A stretch of 64,000 nt of DNA from an uncultured Hungatella sp. (GCA_910577935.1 CAJTOT010000003.1:7309-71308), one strand, 5' to 3'; numbered from the stretch's first letter, positions 39,462-50,426 are shown. Numbers and translations: made by a program. The notes: generated by a model from the letters alone, not told the origin.

Positions 39462-40799
39462 ATGGGAAGATACACCAGGGAAGATATTATCCGTATGGTA
39501 GAAGAGGAAGACGTGGAATTCATCAGGCTTCAGTTCACCGATATCTTCGGAATGTTGAAAAATGTAGCCATCACTGCCGGGCAGCTGGGAAAAGCGCTGG
39601 ACAACCGCTGCATGTTTGACGGGTCTGCCATCGAAGGCTTTGTCAGGATGGAAGAGACCGACATGTACCTGTATCCGGATCTGGATACTTTTGAAATATT
39701 TCCGTGGAGGCCGCAGCAGGGAAAGGTGGCCAGGCTCATCTGCGATGTCCACTGCCCGGACGGCAGCCCCTTTGAGGGCGATCCAAGATATGTGTTGAAG
39801 AAGGTGCTCAAGGAGGCCGAGTCCATGGGCTATCGGTTTAACGTAGGGCCGGAGTGTGAGTTTTTCCTGTTCCACACCGATGAACAGGGGCTTCCCACCA
39901 CCACCACCCACGAGATGGCGGGATATTTTGACGTGGGGCCTATCGACCTGGCCGAGAATGTGCGCCGGGATATTGTGCTGAATCTGGAGGATATGGGGTT
40001 TGACATCGAGTCCTCCCACCACGAGATCGCGCCGGCCCAGCACGAGGTGGATTTTCAGTACGAGACGGGGCTTAAGGCGGCGGACAATATTCTCACCTTC
40101 AAGATGGCAGTGAAGACCATCGCCAAGCGTCACGGGCTTCACGCCACGTTTATGCCGAAGCCAAAGGCGGGAGTCAACGGCTCGGGCATGCACATCAACA
40201 TGTCCCTGGAAGATCTGGCGGGGAAGAACCTGTTTGCCGACGCTTCCGACGAGATGGGCCTGAGCAGGCTGGCATATCAGTTTCTGGCCGGCATTCTTCA
40301 TCACATAAAGTCCATGACGATTTTGACCAATCCTCTGGTCAACTCTTATAAAAGGCTGATTCCGGGCTATGACGCCCCCACCTATATCGCCTGGTCCACG
40401 GCGTCCAACAGGGGGCAGCTGATCAGGATTCCCTCCTCCAGAGGCTCCAACACCAGGATCGAGCTGAGGAGCCCGGATTCGGCTATGAATCCCTATCTGG
40501 CTCTGGCTGCCTGTCTGGCGGCGGGGCTGGACGGCATCAAGCGGGAGATGGCTTCCCCGGAACCCATCAGGCGGAACGTGTCTGCCATGACTGAGGAGGA
40601 GATAAAGGACTGGGGCATCAGCCAGCTGCCGGAGACTCTGGGCGAGGCTATCGAGGCATTTGAAAATGACGGCTTTTTGCGGGAAGTCCTGGGCAGGCAT
40701 ATTTATACCAAGTATCTGACAGCCAAGAAGGAAGAGTGGGATCAGTTCCGGTCCCAGGTGACTGACTGGGAGATCGAGGAGTACCTGTATAAATTTTGA
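39462..40799 (+). CDS. glnA: Glutamine synthetase type I
   Basis: FDGSAIEGF, GPECEFFLF, HHE..PAQHE, ATFMPKP, NGSGMH, RIELRSPD. Confidence 0.96.
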   Translation: MGRYTREDIIRMVEEEDVEFIRLQFTDIFGMLKNVAITAGQLGKALDNRCMFDGSAIEGFVRMEETDMYLYPDLDTFEIFPWRPQQGKVARLICDVHCPDGSPFEGDPRYVLKKVLKEAESMGYRFNVGPECEFFLFHTDEQGLPTTTTHEMAGYFDVGPIDLAENVRRDIVLNLEDMGFDIESSHHEIAPAQHEVDFQYETGLKAADNILTFKMAVKTIAKRHGLHATFMPKPKAGVNGSGMHINMSLEDLAGKNLFADASDEMGLSRLAYQFLAGILHHIKSMTILTNPLVNSYKRLIPGYDAPTYIAWSTASNRGQLIRIPSSRGSNTRIELRSPDSAMNPYLALAACLAAGLDGIKREMASPEPIRRNVSAMTEEEIKDWGISQLPETLGEAIEAFENDGFLREVLGRHIYTKYLTAKKEEWDQFRSQVTDWEIEEYLYKF

Positions 40800-40826
40800 T
40801 CATGTATTTGCCTGGAGGTGAAGTGT

Positions 40827-41375
40827 GTGACCAACATCATCGTGGCATTTTCCAAGCAGGAGGATGCAAAAAGCATTAAGAATATTCTCACGCGCAACGG
40901 TTTTCAGGTGGTGGCGATCTGCACATCAGGCGCTCAGGTTCTCAACAGCATGGAAGACTTAAACGGGGGAATCATAATCAGCGGCTACCGGTTTGCGGAT
41001 ATGCTGTATCAGGGTATCCGCGAGGATATGCCCCGCGGCTTCGAGATGCTTCTGGTGGCGTCTCCGGGCAGATTCGGCGGGGGGATGCCTGACGATATGG
41101 TGTGTCTCCCCATGCCGCTGAAGGTTCATGACCTGGTGAACACGGTGGAGATGATGTGCCGGACCCAGGTTCAGAGGAAGCGGAGGCTGAGGCAGCAGCC
41201 GGCGGAGAGGAGCGAGGAGGACACCAGGGTGATCGCCAAGGCAAAGGAACTTCTCATGGACCGCAACAATATGACCGAGACGGAGGCTCACCGATATATT
41301 CAGAAGTGCAGTATGGACAACGGGACCAACTTGGTGGAGACTGCCCGTATGGTGATCAGCCTGATTGATCTATGA
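40827..41375 (+). CDS. ANTAR-domain antiterminator with pseudo-receiver (NitR-like)
   Basis: IAKAKELLMDRNNMTETEAHRYIQKCSMD ANTAR helices; GTG start behind GGAGG. Confidence 0.9.
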   Translation: MTNIIVAFSKQEDAKSIKNILTRNGFQVVAICTSGAQVLNSMEDLNGGIIISGYRFADMLYQGIREDMPRGFEMLLVASPGRFGGGMPDDMVCLPMPLKVHDLVNTVEMMCRTQVQRKRRLRQQPAERSEEDTRVIAKAKELLMDRNNMTETEAHRYIQKCSMDNGTNLVETARMVISLIDL

Positions 41376-41403
41376 CGATGATATAGGACAAAGGAGCGCA
41401 GAG

Positions 41404-42207
41404 ATGAAATTTACGAAAATGCAGGGGGCGGGCAACGACTATGTGTATGTCAACTGCTTCGAGGAGACGGTTTTGGACCCCCAGGCGGCGGCCATATATG
41501 TGAGCGACAGGCACCTGGGCGTGGGAGCGGACGGCCTGGTGCTGATCTGCCCGTCGGAGACGGCGGATGTGAAGATGCGCATGTTCAATACGGACGGGTC
41601 GGAGGGAGCCATGTGCGGCAATGCTATCCGGTGCGTGGGCAAATACGCTTACGACCACGGCCTGGTGTCAGACACCAGCATCACCGTGGAAACCCTGGGG
41701 GGAATCAAGCGCCTGGACATGGAGACAGAGAACGGCAGAGTGACCTGGGCATGTGTGGATATGGGCATACCGGAGGTGACCTCCGGAGTTCCGGAACCCA
41801 TAGAAGTCTGTGGGGAGAACAAGGAGTTTGTGGGAATCTCCGTTGGAAATCCTCATGCGGTGTATTTTTGTCAGGATATCGATTCACTGAAGCTGGAGGA
41901 GATCGGCCCGTACTATGAGAATCACAGCCGCTTTCCGGGGCGGGTCAACTCGGAATTTGTCCAGGTCGTGGACCGGGGGCATATCCGCATGAGAGTGTGG
42001 GAGCGTGGGAGCGGAGAGACTCTTGCCTGCGGCACGGGAGCCACGGCCGGCACGGTGGCCTCCATATTGAGAGGCTATACGGACAGCCAGGTGACGGTGT
42101 CCCTGCGGGGAGGCGATCTGGTGATAACATGGAATCGGGAGACGGGCCATGTGTTTATGGCAGGGCCTGCGGTGGAAGTGTTCCATGGGGACATAGAAGT
42201 CAAATAA
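41404..42207 (+). CDS. dapF: Diaminopimelate epimerase
   Basis: FTKMQGAGND, MCGNAIRC, VGNPH, ERGSGETLACGTG. Confidence 0.96.
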   Translation: MKFTKMQGAGNDYVYVNCFEETVLDPQAAAIYVSDRHLGVGADGLVLICPSETADVKMRMFNTDGSEGAMCGNAIRCVGKYAYDHGLVSDTSITVETLGGIKRLDMETENGRVTWACVDMGIPEVTSGVPEPIEVCGENKEFVGISVGNPHAVYFCQDIDSLKLEEIGPYYENHSRFPGRVNSEFVQVVDRGHIRMRVWERGSGETLACGTGATAGTVASILRGYTDSQVTVSLRGGDLVITWNRETGHVFMAGPAVEVFHGDIEVK

Positions 42208-42436
42208 TATGATGCCAGGGTCAAAGGGTCATGTCTGACATGCCTGCATGTCAATACATGACTTTGGGGCCCGAAAAAACATGAAAAAGCAGCCCGATAG
42301 GGCGGATTTTGAATGTTTTTAGGATTGCGGGAGCGTGAAATGCGGAGCAATCCGCAGGCATCAGGGGGCAAAAAACCTTTTGCCCCCAACATCATAATAT
42401 GGTAAGAGGAGACTTGGAAAGAGGAGTGGACGAGAG

Positions 42437-43660
42437 ATGACAAAAGTGAACGAGAATTATCTGAAGCTGCCGGGGAGTTACCTGTTTTCCACCATCGGGA
42501 AAAAGGTGGCGGCCTACGAGGCTGCAAACCCGGACAGGAGGGTGATACGTCTGGGAATCGGAGACGTGACCCAGCCCCTTGCGCCGGCTATTATAGCGGC
42601 CATGCATGAGGCTGTGGACGAGATGGGGAAGGCCGAGACCTTCCGGGGCTACGCGCCGGACCTGGGGTACGGATTTCTGCGGGAGGAGATAGCCAGACAG
42701 GACTATCAGGCACGGGGCTGCCGGATCGAAGCGGATGAGATATTCGTGTCCGACGGAGCCAAAAGCGACTGCGGAAATATTCAGGAAATTTTTTCCCGGG
42801 ACAGCCGGGTGGCGGTCTGCGATCCCGTGTATCCGGTGTACGTGGATTCAAATGTAATGGCGGGGAGAACCGGAGAGTACCATAGGGAAAAAGAAGTGTG
42901 GAGCAACGTGATCTACATGCCCTGCACTGCCGCCAACCAGTTTGTGCCGGAGCTTCCAAAGGAGTGTCCGGACCTGATCTATCTGTGCAACCCCAACAAC
43001 CCCACCGGGACGACCCTGACCAGAGACCAGCTGAAGGTGTGGGTGGACTATGCCAACCGGACCGGGGCGGTGATTTTGTACGACGCGGCCTACGAGGCGT
43101 ATATCGCCCAGGCCGATGTGCCCCACAGCATCTATGAGATTGAAGGAGCCCGAACCTGCGCCATCGAGTTTCGCTCGTTTTCCAAAAATGCCGGTTTTAC
43201 AGGGGTGAGGCTGGGATTTACGGTGATTCCCAAAGACCTTGAGCGTGACGGCGTCAGGCTCCACGGACTCTGGGCCAGACGCCACGGGACAAAGTTCAAC
43301 GGCGCGCCTTATATTGTGCAGAAGGCGGCTATGGCAGTGTACTCTGAGGAGGGAAAGGCTCAACTGAAGAACCAGGTGGCCTGCTATATGGACAATGCGC
43401 GGGTGATCTATGAGGGGCTGAAGAAAGCGGGCTATGAGGTCTACGGAGGAGTGAACGCGCCCTATATCTGGCTGAAAGCGCCGGAGGGCATGAGTTCATG
43501 GGATTTCTTTGACTGGCTTTTGGAGAACGCCAACGTGGTGGGCACGCCGGGCAGCGGCTTTGGGCCCAGCGGAGAGGGATATTTCCGGCTGACTGCCTTT
43601 GGGACATATGAGAATACGGCGGAGGCTGTTGAGAGGATCGGCAGGCTGAGGAGAGAATAA
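42437..43660 (+). CDS. dapL: LL-diaminopimelate aminotransferase
   Basis: [37 protein letters not shown]. Confidence 0.95.
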   Translation: MTKVNENYLKLPGSYLFSTIGKKVAAYEAANPDRRVIRLGIGDVTQPLAPAIIAAMHEAVDEMGKAETFRGYAPDLGYGFLREEIARQDYQARGCRIEADEIFVSDGAKSDCGNIQEIFSRDSRVAVCDPVYPVYVDSNVMAGRTGEYHREKEVWSNVIYMPCTAANQFVPELPKECPDLIYLCNPNNPTGTTLTRDQLKVWVDYANRTGAVILYDAAYEAYIAQADVPHSIYEIEGARTCAIEFRSFSKNAGFTGVRLGFTVIPKDLERDGVRLHGLWARRHGTKFNGAPYIVQKAAMAVYSEEGKAQLKNQVACYMDNARVIYEGLKKAGYEVYGGVNAPYIWLKAPEGMSSWDFFDWLLENANVVGTPGSGFGPSGEGYFRLTAFGTYENTAEAVERIGRLRRE

Positions 43661-43668
43661 GAGGAGGG

Positions 43669-44127
43669 ATGAAGGTTTTGGATGACATCGACAGAAAGAT
43701 ACTGAAAATTCTGCAGGACAATGCGAGAACTTCGCTGAAGACTATTGCGGAGAAGACATTTTTATCCTCCCCGGCCGTATCAGCCAGGATCGAAAAAATG
43801 GAGAAAGACGGGATTATAGCGGGCTATCACGCCCTGGTGGACCCTATGAAGCTGGGATACCATATTATCGCGTTTATCAACCTGGATGTGGTGCCGGAGG
43901 ACAAGCCCAAGTTCTATGCCTATGCCGCGGAGATGCCCAATGTGCTGGAGTGCAACTGTGTGACAGGGGAATACTCCATGCTGATGAAGGTGGCCTTCCA
44001 GAGCACCATGGAGCTGGATATCTTCATAGGGCAGCTGCAGAAGTTCGGGAAGACCAGCACCCAGATCGTGTTCTCCACCCATGTGGGCCCCAGGGGCGTG
44101 GATGTGGAAAGTGACGGGCTGATGTGA
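43669..44127 (+). CDS. Lrp/AsnC family regulator
   Basis: LDDIDRKIL..LQDNAR, HTH, VTGEY. Confidence 0.92.
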   Translation: MKVLDDIDRKILKILQDNARTSLKTIAEKTFLSSPAVSARIEKMEKDGIIAGYHALVDPMKLGYHIIAFINLDVVPEDKPKFYAYAAEMPNVLECNCVTGEYSMLMKVAFQSTMELDIFIGQLQKFGKTSTQIVFSTHVGPRGVDVESDGLM

Positions 44128-44148
44128 ATGCAGAGAGGATGTAAGTTA

Positions 44149-44190
44149 AAAAGCCGCCGTATCCGGTTCCTAAGCCGGCATGGCGGCTTT
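44149..44190. terminator. Bidirectional terminator between convergent genes
   Basis: AAAAGCCGCC...GGCGGCTTT. Confidence 0.7.
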
Positions 44191-44198
44191 GCTGCGTG

Positions 44199-44858
44199 TC
44201 AGTTCAGAGAGAGCGGAGGAAGCCCCGGAATCTCCCCCAGGTTCCTGATCTCATAGTGGGCGAGGGAGCGGTCGAAGCCGAACCGGTCGTCTATGAGGGC
44301 GGCGACGGTCATGCCGGCTCTCGAGGCGGCGGTAATGCCCAGTGTGGAATCCTCGATGACCAGGCATTCAGCGGGAGATACCTTAAGTTTTCCGGCGGTG
44401 TAGAAGTATATCTCAGGGTTGGGCTTGCTCTGCTTAAACTGTCTTCCGCTCACCACAAGGTCAAAATAGCAGGCGATGTCATTTTCATTGAGCACCCGCA
44501 TGATGATGTCGGTCTGGGTGGAGGAGGCGAGAGCCAGGGGATACCCTCTCTCCTTGAGAAGCTTCAGGACATCTACAGCCTCGTGCCGGAAGATGGCGCG
44601 GTAGTCCATCTGGGAAAACGCGTCTATGGAGGCCCGGTATTCGTCCCGAAGCTCCTCCCAGGTCTGGCCGTTGTCGATGGCCTGGGCGAAGACTGTCCAG
44701 GCGTCTTCTTTGGAGGCGCCTACCATGCCGTAGAGCTGGTCGATGGTGACCCGGGGGTTCTTCGTCAGGGCGAAGTCCAAATTAAACTGAAGGTAACAGG
44801 GCTCGCTGTCGATGAGCACGCCGTCCATGTCAAAAATAACTGCTTTAATGTCTTTCAT
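44199..44858 (-). CDS. HAD family phosphatase
   Basis: FDMDGVLIDSE, ASS, KPNPEIY, IEDS. Confidence 0.9.
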   Translation of the reverse strand: MKDIKAVIFDMDGVLIDSEPCYLQFNLDFALTKNPRVTIDQLYGMVGASKEDAWTVFAQAIDNGQTWEELRDEYRASIDAFSQMDYRAIFRHEAVDVLKLLKERGYPLALASSTQTDIIMRVLNENDIACYFDLVVSGRQFKQSKPNPEIYFYTAGKLKVSPAECLVIEDSTLGITAASRAGMTVAALIDDRFGFDRSLAHYEIRNLGEIPGLPPLSLN

Positions 44859-44923
44859 AAGTATCCTTTCATCTGCGGTCCATATAGTAAGTGAATAGGC
44901 CCAGAGCCGGAGATCAATCCGGC

Positions 44924-45721
44924 TTATTGGTTATATGGACAGTATACATCACTTTCCCGGACAATTAAAGTAGTATATCCGGAATTCTTAAGCTCCTGCT
45001 CCATGCGGGCAGCGTTGTCCAGATTCAAAAAGGCGCCGGTGCGCACCTTGTGAAGGTCTCCGCTGCGGACAATGAAGGAGGGGTAGCCCTGGGAGAGAAG
45101 AAGGTCCAGCTGCCTCTGGGCTGCCTGGGGATTCTGGAAAGAGCCGGTCTGAACCTGGTAGTATTCCGGACAGTTTTTCTGTTCCTCCTCGATGGTTTTT
45201 AATATGCCGTCTGCGATGGCCTGGGCGATGGCGTTGAAGTTCTGGTCAAAAAACCGGTTGTCGGAGTCATTGTCAATAAATCCCGCCTCCACGAGGACGG
45301 CAGGCATCTGGGTGCGGCGCAGAACCACCAGGCCGGGGCGCTCGATGACGCCTAAGTCGGTGAACCCTGCAGATTCCAGGGCTGAGTTGATGTTCCTGGC
45401 CATGAGGGCGGGGGCGCCGCTGTCCTGGTAGACAAGGGTTTCGGCGCCGGAGGCGGAGCCGGGGACAGGCATGGCGTTGCGGTGGATTGATACAAAATAA
45501 TCGGCGCCGGAGCGGTTGGCGATCTGGGCTTTCTCGTAGGGGGTGTCGTAGACATCGGAGACCCGGGTGTAAACCACGTCTATGCCGCGCCGCGCCAGAA
45601 TATTGCCCACGGCCAGGGCCAGGTTCAGCGTATCGTTCTTCTCCTGTCTTCCAAGGTATGTGGCTCCGGGTTCCGCCCCGCCGTGCCCCGGGTCTAAAAT
45701 CACTTTTACAGCTTCTGCCAA
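44924..45721 (-). CDS. N-acetylmuramoyl-L-alanine amidase with SPOR domain (CwlC-like)
   Basis: LDPGHGG, EK, SIHRN, LVEAGFIDN, C-terminal YQVQTGSF...VRTGAF. Confidence 0.9.
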   Translation of the reverse strand: MAEAVKVILDPGHGGAEPGATYLGRQEKNDTLNLALAVGNILARRGIDVVYTRVSDVYDTPYEKAQIANRSGADYFVSIHRNAMPVPGSASGAETLVYQDSGAPALMARNINSALESAGFTDLGVIERPGLVVLRRTQMPAVLVEAGFIDNDSDNRFFDQNFNAIAQAIADGILKTIEEEQKNCPEYYQVQTGSFQNPQAAQRQLDLLLSQGYPSFIVRSGDLHKVRTGAFLNLDNAARMEQELKNSGYTTLIVRESDVYCPYNQ

Positions 45722-45760
45722 ATTTTATATCTCCTTTCAAACATTGTGTTGTCTCCTGTG

Positions 45761-47062
45761 TCAGGAGAGCTCGGCGATTCTGGTGACCCCCACGTAGATG
45801 TGGGAAATTTTATACCAGGTGGAAAAGTCGGTCACGCCGGTCTGGGGAAGGCCGAAGACCGATTGAAATGCCTGGACGGCGGCGGCGGTGTTGGGCCCGT
45901 AGAAGCCGTCCGGGGCTACACGGGGGATGGCGGAGTAGATGGTGGCGATGGCGTCCAGCTGTTCCTGGAGCTGGCGCACCTTCTGCCCGGAGGAGCCGAT
46001 GGTCAGATTTTCCCCCGGCCAGGAGGCGGGAATCCCGGAGATCTGCTCCGCCGTGTTGATGTAGATGCTGGAGCCGTAGAAATGGCGGAGGATCTCGATA
46101 GGGCTGTATCCGCGCTCTCCCAGGGAGCATGATCCCCATTGTGTCATCCAATTGGGACAGCTCACCTGCCTCCCGTCGCAGTACTGGGTCAGAATCGGCT
46201 GTTTTACATCAGGTCTGGAGAGATAATTGTCAAAAATTTCGTCTACCACAAGGGAGATGCTCTCATAGATATTCCGCCCGTAGATCCATTTGTGGTCGTA
46301 GGCCGTGGAGGAGGTGATGGTGAAGTCGTACCCCTGGCTCCTGTACCATTCGGTGTATACCCGGTTCAGGGTAAAGGACATGATGGCCAGCACGTTGGCG
46401 GTGATGGTGGCCTGGGGCCAGGTGGCGTAGATCTCGCTGGAGGCCACGTTTTTGATGTAGTCGCGGTAGGGGACATAGTAGTTCTGCGCCGAAGAGTCCG
46501 TGGGGGGGCCGTCGTGAACCACTATGGTCTGGGGAACCACCACCCGGCTCAAGACGATCTCCCCGGACTCTCTCACGGGTTTTACCTCGGCTTCCGCGAT
46601 CTTGGGAGGGTAATTGCCGTACAGGGTGTGATCCGGTATGACGATGGACTGGTCCAGAGGGACAGGGTCGTCTTCCGGCTCCAGGGCTGCCGGCTGGATG
46701 GAGGTGGAGCCGGGAAGAATCTCTGTTCCGGAGATGGTCTGAGGTTTAAATCCGGGGGCTGTGATCTCCAGGTTATACTCGGAGTAGGGGCGGTTGTCGC
46801 CGGGGGAGAGGCTGTACTCCACAGGCGGAGCCTCCAGAGAGACCTGCTCCGTTTGGCCGGAGCTGTCGGTGGTGAGCTCTTCCACTGTGTTGTCCGGCCG
46901 ATCAGCGCTGGTGATGCGGACGGTGGCGTTCTGGATGGGGAAATTGTTGATTATGGAGACCACGTTTACCTGCAGAAGGCCGTGGCTGGATGATTCCGTG
47001 GCGCAGGCATCAACCCGCTGGCCGTGCAGGGGCGATGCCTTGAAAAGTACATTGCTTTTCAT
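45761..47062 (-). CDS. sleC: Spore cortex-lytic enzyme SleC-like
   Basis: YIKNVASSEIYATWP, FTLNRVYTEWY, QYCDG..V.CP.WMTQWGS, C-terminal PG-binding domain. Confidence 0.82.
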   Translation of the reverse strand: MKSNVLFKASPLHGQRVDACATESSSHGLLQVNVVSIINNFPIQNATVRITSADRPDNTVEELTTDSSGQTEQVSLEAPPVEYSLSPGDNRPYSEYNLEITAPGFKPQTISGTEILPGSTSIQPAALEPEDDPVPLDQSIVIPDHTLYGNYPPKIAEAEVKPVRESGEIVLSRVVVPQTIVVHDGPPTDSSAQNYYVPYRDYIKNVASSEIYATWPQATITANVLAIMSFTLNRVYTEWYRSQGYDFTITSSTAYDHKWIYGRNIYESISLVVDEIFDNYLSRPDVKQPILTQYCDGRQVSCPNWMTQWGSCSLGERGYSPIEILRHFYGSSIYINTAEQISGIPASWPGENLTIGSSGQKVRQLQEQLDAIATIYSAIPRVAPDGFYGPNTAAAVQAFQSVFGLPQTGVTDFSTWYKISHIYVGVTRIAELS

Positions 47063-47205
47063 ATGGAGATCCTCGTGGAAAATGGTTATTACCATTATAT
47101 TAGAAAATAGGGCAGATGGTGATGAAAATCAGGGAAAAACAGTTAAAAAGAGAACCCCGCCGGGCAGGATTCTCTCTGTGTCGGTGAGACAGGCCGTGCA
47201 TATAA

Positions 47206-48579
47206 CTAAAGCATAATATATTTGAATACAAACAGAACCGCCAGGACATACATCAGCGGGCTGATCCTCTTCTCGGAGGCCCTGCCTGTCACCAAGTTCA
47301 TAACCACATAGGAGATGACGCCCATGGCGATGCCCTCGGAGATGCTGTACATAAAAGGCATGGCTGTGATGGCGATGTAAGCCGGTATTGCCTCGGTGTA
47401 ATCGCCGAAATCAATTTTGGTGATGGAGGTCATCATGAGGAATCCCACAATCACCAGGGCCGGAGCAGTGGCAAAGGAGGGGATAGCGAGGAATATGGGG
47501 GACAGAAACAGGGACAGGCCAAAGAGGATGGCAGCAGTCACAGCAGTCAGCCCCGTCCGTCCGCCTTCTGCCACGCCGGAGGCGCTCTCCACAAAGGTGG
47601 TGGTGGTGGAAGTTCCTAAAAGGGCGCCGGCGGAAGTTCCCAGGGCGTCGGCCATCAGGGCTCCCTTGATGCGGGGGAGCCTGCCTTTTTCGTCAAGCAT
47701 GTCCGCTTTAGAGGCCACGCCGATGAGGGTTCCCAGGGTGTCAAACAAGTCTACGAACAAAAAAGCGAACATCACCACAAAAAAGTCCAGAGACAGGATT
47801 CCCTTAAAATCCAGCTGCATGAAGGTGGGAGCCAGGCTGGGCACAGAGATGCCGTTGGAGAAGTCAGGAAGCAGGCTGTAGCAGCCCAGATCAGGGTTGA
47901 TGCGGTACAGCCCTGTTATCTGGCAGATGATGCCAAGACCCCAGGTGATGAGAATTCCCCACAAAATATTGCCTTTTATGTTCTTGATCAGGAGAATGCC
48001 GGTGATCAGAATACCGGCTATGGCCAGCACCACGGTGATGCCCTCGCTGAAGAATGTGCCTGCTGTCACGGAACCATTAAATGAGTAGATGGAGACCAGA
48101 GTGGCGCTGTCCACCACGACTTTCGCGTTCTGCAGGCCGATGAAGGCGATGAAAAGGCCGATTCCCACAGATACCGCATGCTTTAAATTCATGGGAATGG
48201 CATTGAAGATGGCTTCCCGGACGTTGGTGAGGGACAGAACCACGAAGACGACTCCCTCGATGAACACTGCCGCCAGCGCGGTCTGCCAGGAATATTCCAT
48301 CTGCAGCACCACCGTGTAGGCAAAGTAGGCGTTCAGGCCCATGCCGGGGGCCAGGACAAAGGGATAGTTGGCGAAGGCGGCCATGAAGAGCGTGGCGATC
48401 ATGGAAGCCAGGGCGGTGGCTGTAAACACGGCGCCGCTGTCCATACCCGCGGCGCCTAAAATGCCCGGATTCACAGCCAGAATGTAGGCCATGGTCATAA
48501 ATGTGGTTATTCCCGCCATAACCTCTGTCTTTACATCGGTACGGTTTTCTCTTAGATGAAACAATTTCTCCATAGTCAT
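47206..48579 (-). CDS. NCS2/AzgA family purine permease
   Basis: TTFMTMAYIL.VNP, APGMGLNAYF, FDTLGT, ESASGVAEGGRTGL. Confidence 0.92.
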   Translation of the reverse strand: MTMEKLFHLRENRTDVKTEVMAGITTFMTMAYILAVNPGILGAAGMDSGAVFTATALASMIATLFMAAFANYPFVLAPGMGLNAYFAYTVVLQMEYSWQTALAAVFIEGVVFVVLSLTNVREAIFNAIPMNLKHAVSVGIGLFIAFIGLQNAKVVVDSATLVSIYSFNGSVTAGTFFSEGITVVLAIAGILITGILLIKNIKGNILWGILITWGLGIICQITGLYRINPDLGCYSLLPDFSNGISVPSLAPTFMQLDFKGILSLDFFVVMFAFLFVDLFDTLGTLIGVASKADMLDEKGRLPRIKGALMADALGTSAGALLGTSTTTTFVESASGVAEGGRTGLTAVTAAILFGLSLFLSPIFLAIPSFATAPALVIVGFLMMTSITKIDFGDYTEAIPAYIAITAMPFMYSISEGIAMGVISYVVMNLVTGRASEKRISPLMYVLAVLFVFKYIML

Positions 48580-48724
48580 GGATTTATCCTCCTCGTTTTG
48601 TTGTGAAGTTCCCTTCCATTCTAACATCACATCAAATAAAAATCCATCTGTTGTTTTTTAAAATAAAATTCATCATTTTCAGAGAGAATGTGATATAGTA
48701 GACACAGGCAGGGAGGTGATTAGT

Positions 48725-49348
48725 GTGATCTGGACGTTTGTGTGTTCTGCGCTCGTCTATGGCCTGGCCGTGGATCTGTGCTGTCTGTTTTTCAGACAGT
48801 GGGAACCTCTGGCGTGCACCGGGGCGGGAGCCATGGCGGCGCTGCCTGTTCTTCTGCGGCTGTACACAAGGAAGACCGACAAGAAGAACCCGCCTTTCCG
48901 GATCGGCAAAAAGGAGGCAGGATTCCTGATTTTGTCAGGAATAGCCGCCTGCCTTACAGTGAATACTCTGATTAAAATAAGCCGCATATCAGCTGTATTT
49001 CCGGGATTTTCCATGAAATCAGGGGATTTTTACGGCCCCTCCTTAAAGCTGCAGGTCTGGGCCATGGGGGTGGTGATCCCCGCAGCCGAGGAAGTGATTT
49101 TCAGAGGCCTTGGGTTCAGGGGGATGAGAGAGAAGATGGGTTTTTTTGCGTCGGCTCTCTGGTCGTCGGCGCTGTTCGCCTGCTGGCATGGCAATGTGGT
49201 CCAGGGGATCTACGGATTCTGTATGGGGTTTGTGTTTTCCTGGGCCATGGAGAGGGATGATACCATATTTGCCCCCATTCTCATGCACATGGTGGCAAAT
49301 CTTGTGTCTGTGGCATTGACAGCGCTGGGGGTATGTGGTAGAAATTGA
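48725..49348 (+). CDS. CPBP family intramembrane metalloprotease
   Basis: PAAEEVIFRG, FACWH, HMVAN. Confidence 0.85.
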   Translation: MIWTFVCSALVYGLAVDLCCLFFRQWEPLACTGAGAMAALPVLLRLYTRKTDKKNPPFRIGKKEAGFLILSGIAACLTVNTLIKISRISAVFPGFSMKSGDFYGPSLKLQVWAMGVVIPAAEEVIFRGLGFRGMREKMGFFASALWSSALFACWHGNVVQGIYGFCMGFVFSWAMERDDTIFAPILMHMVANLVSVALTALGVCGRN

Positions 49349-49406
49349 GTATATCCTGTTGTTCGGCGAAGGCCGAAGGCATAAAGAAACAGAAGGAGGA
49401 GACAAC

Positions 49407-50426
49407 GTGAAGCTGCTATCAGTGGCGATTCCGTGTTATAACTCGGAGGCCTACATGCGACATTGTATAGAATCCCTTCTTGAGGGAGGCGACGAGGTGG
49501 AGATCCTGATTGTGGATGACGGTTCCACAAAAGACAACACGGCCGGGATTGCCGATGAGTATCAGGAAAAATATCCGGGAATCTGCCGGGCTGTCCACCA
49601 GGAGAACGGGGGACACGGGGAGGCGGTGAACGCCGGGCTCAGGAACGCCTCCGGGATCTATTTTAAGGTGGTGGACAGCGACGACTGGGTGGACAGAGAC
49701 GCCTATATGGAAATTCTGAAGGCTCTGAGGGAATTTGCCCAGGGCGCGGAGACGGTGGATATGCTGGTCTCTAATTTCGTCTATGAAAAGCAGGGGGCCA
49801 GGAGGAAGAAGGTCATGAACTACCGGACTGCCCTTCCGAAAAACCAGGTGTTCACGTGGGATGATGTGAAGGTGTTCATGCTGGGGCAGTACATTCTCAT
49901 GCACTCGGTGATTTACCGGACGGAGCTTCTGCGCCAGTGCGGTCTGGAACTGCCGAAACACACCTTTTATGTGGACAATATTTTTGTCTATCAGCCTTTG
50001 CCCCATGTGAAGACCATGTACTACCTGGATGTGAATTTCTACCGGTATTTTATCGGGAGGGAGGACCAGTCGGTGAATGAGGCCGTGATGATCGGAAGAA
50101 TCGACCAGCAGATCCGGGTGAACAAGCTGATGATAGACTATTTTGCAGAAGCCAGGCTCCCGTGGGGAAAACTCCGCCATTATATGATCCGGTATCTGGA
50201 GATTATGATGGTGATCTCCTCCATACTGGCTATCAGGTCCGGGACGGAGGAGAATATGGCCAAGAAGAAAGAGCTGTGGCAGTATGCCAGAAAGAAAAAC
50301 CTGGCGATGTACTTAAGGCTGAGATTCGGTTTCCTGGGACAGGGCATGAATCTGCCGGGAAAAGGAGGCAGAAAAGTCTCCGAGGCAGGGTATAAGATCA
50401 GCCAGAAGTTTTTCGGGTTTAATTAG
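49407..50426 (+). CDS. Glycosyltransferase family 2
   Basis: IPCYNS, IVDDGS, NGGHG, VDSDD; GTG start behind AGGAGG. Confidence 0.9.
   Translation: MKLLSVAIPCYNSEAYMRHCIESLLEGGDEVEILIVDDGSTKDNTAGIADEYQEKYPGICRAVHQENGGHGEAVNAGLRNASGIYFKVVDSDDWVDRDAYMEILKALREFAQGAETVDMLVSNFVYEKQGARRKKVMNYRTALPKNQVFTWDDVKVFMLGQYILMHSVIYRTELLRQCGLELPKHTFYVDNIFVYQPLPHVKTMYYLDVNFYRYFIGREDQSVNEAVMIGRIDQQIRVNKLMIDYFAEARLPWGKLRHYMIRYLEIMMVISSILAIRSGTEENMAKKKELWQYARKKNLAMYLRLRFGFLGQGMNLPGKGGRKVSEAGYKISQKFFGFN

Noticed and set aside
42204..42400. Lysine riboswitch upstream of dapL
   Set aside because: Core conserved motifs are missing; kept only as an unclassified structure.
48580..48715. Purine riboswitch upstream of the NCS2 permease
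   Set aside because: Short AT-rich spacer with no recognisable aptamer core.
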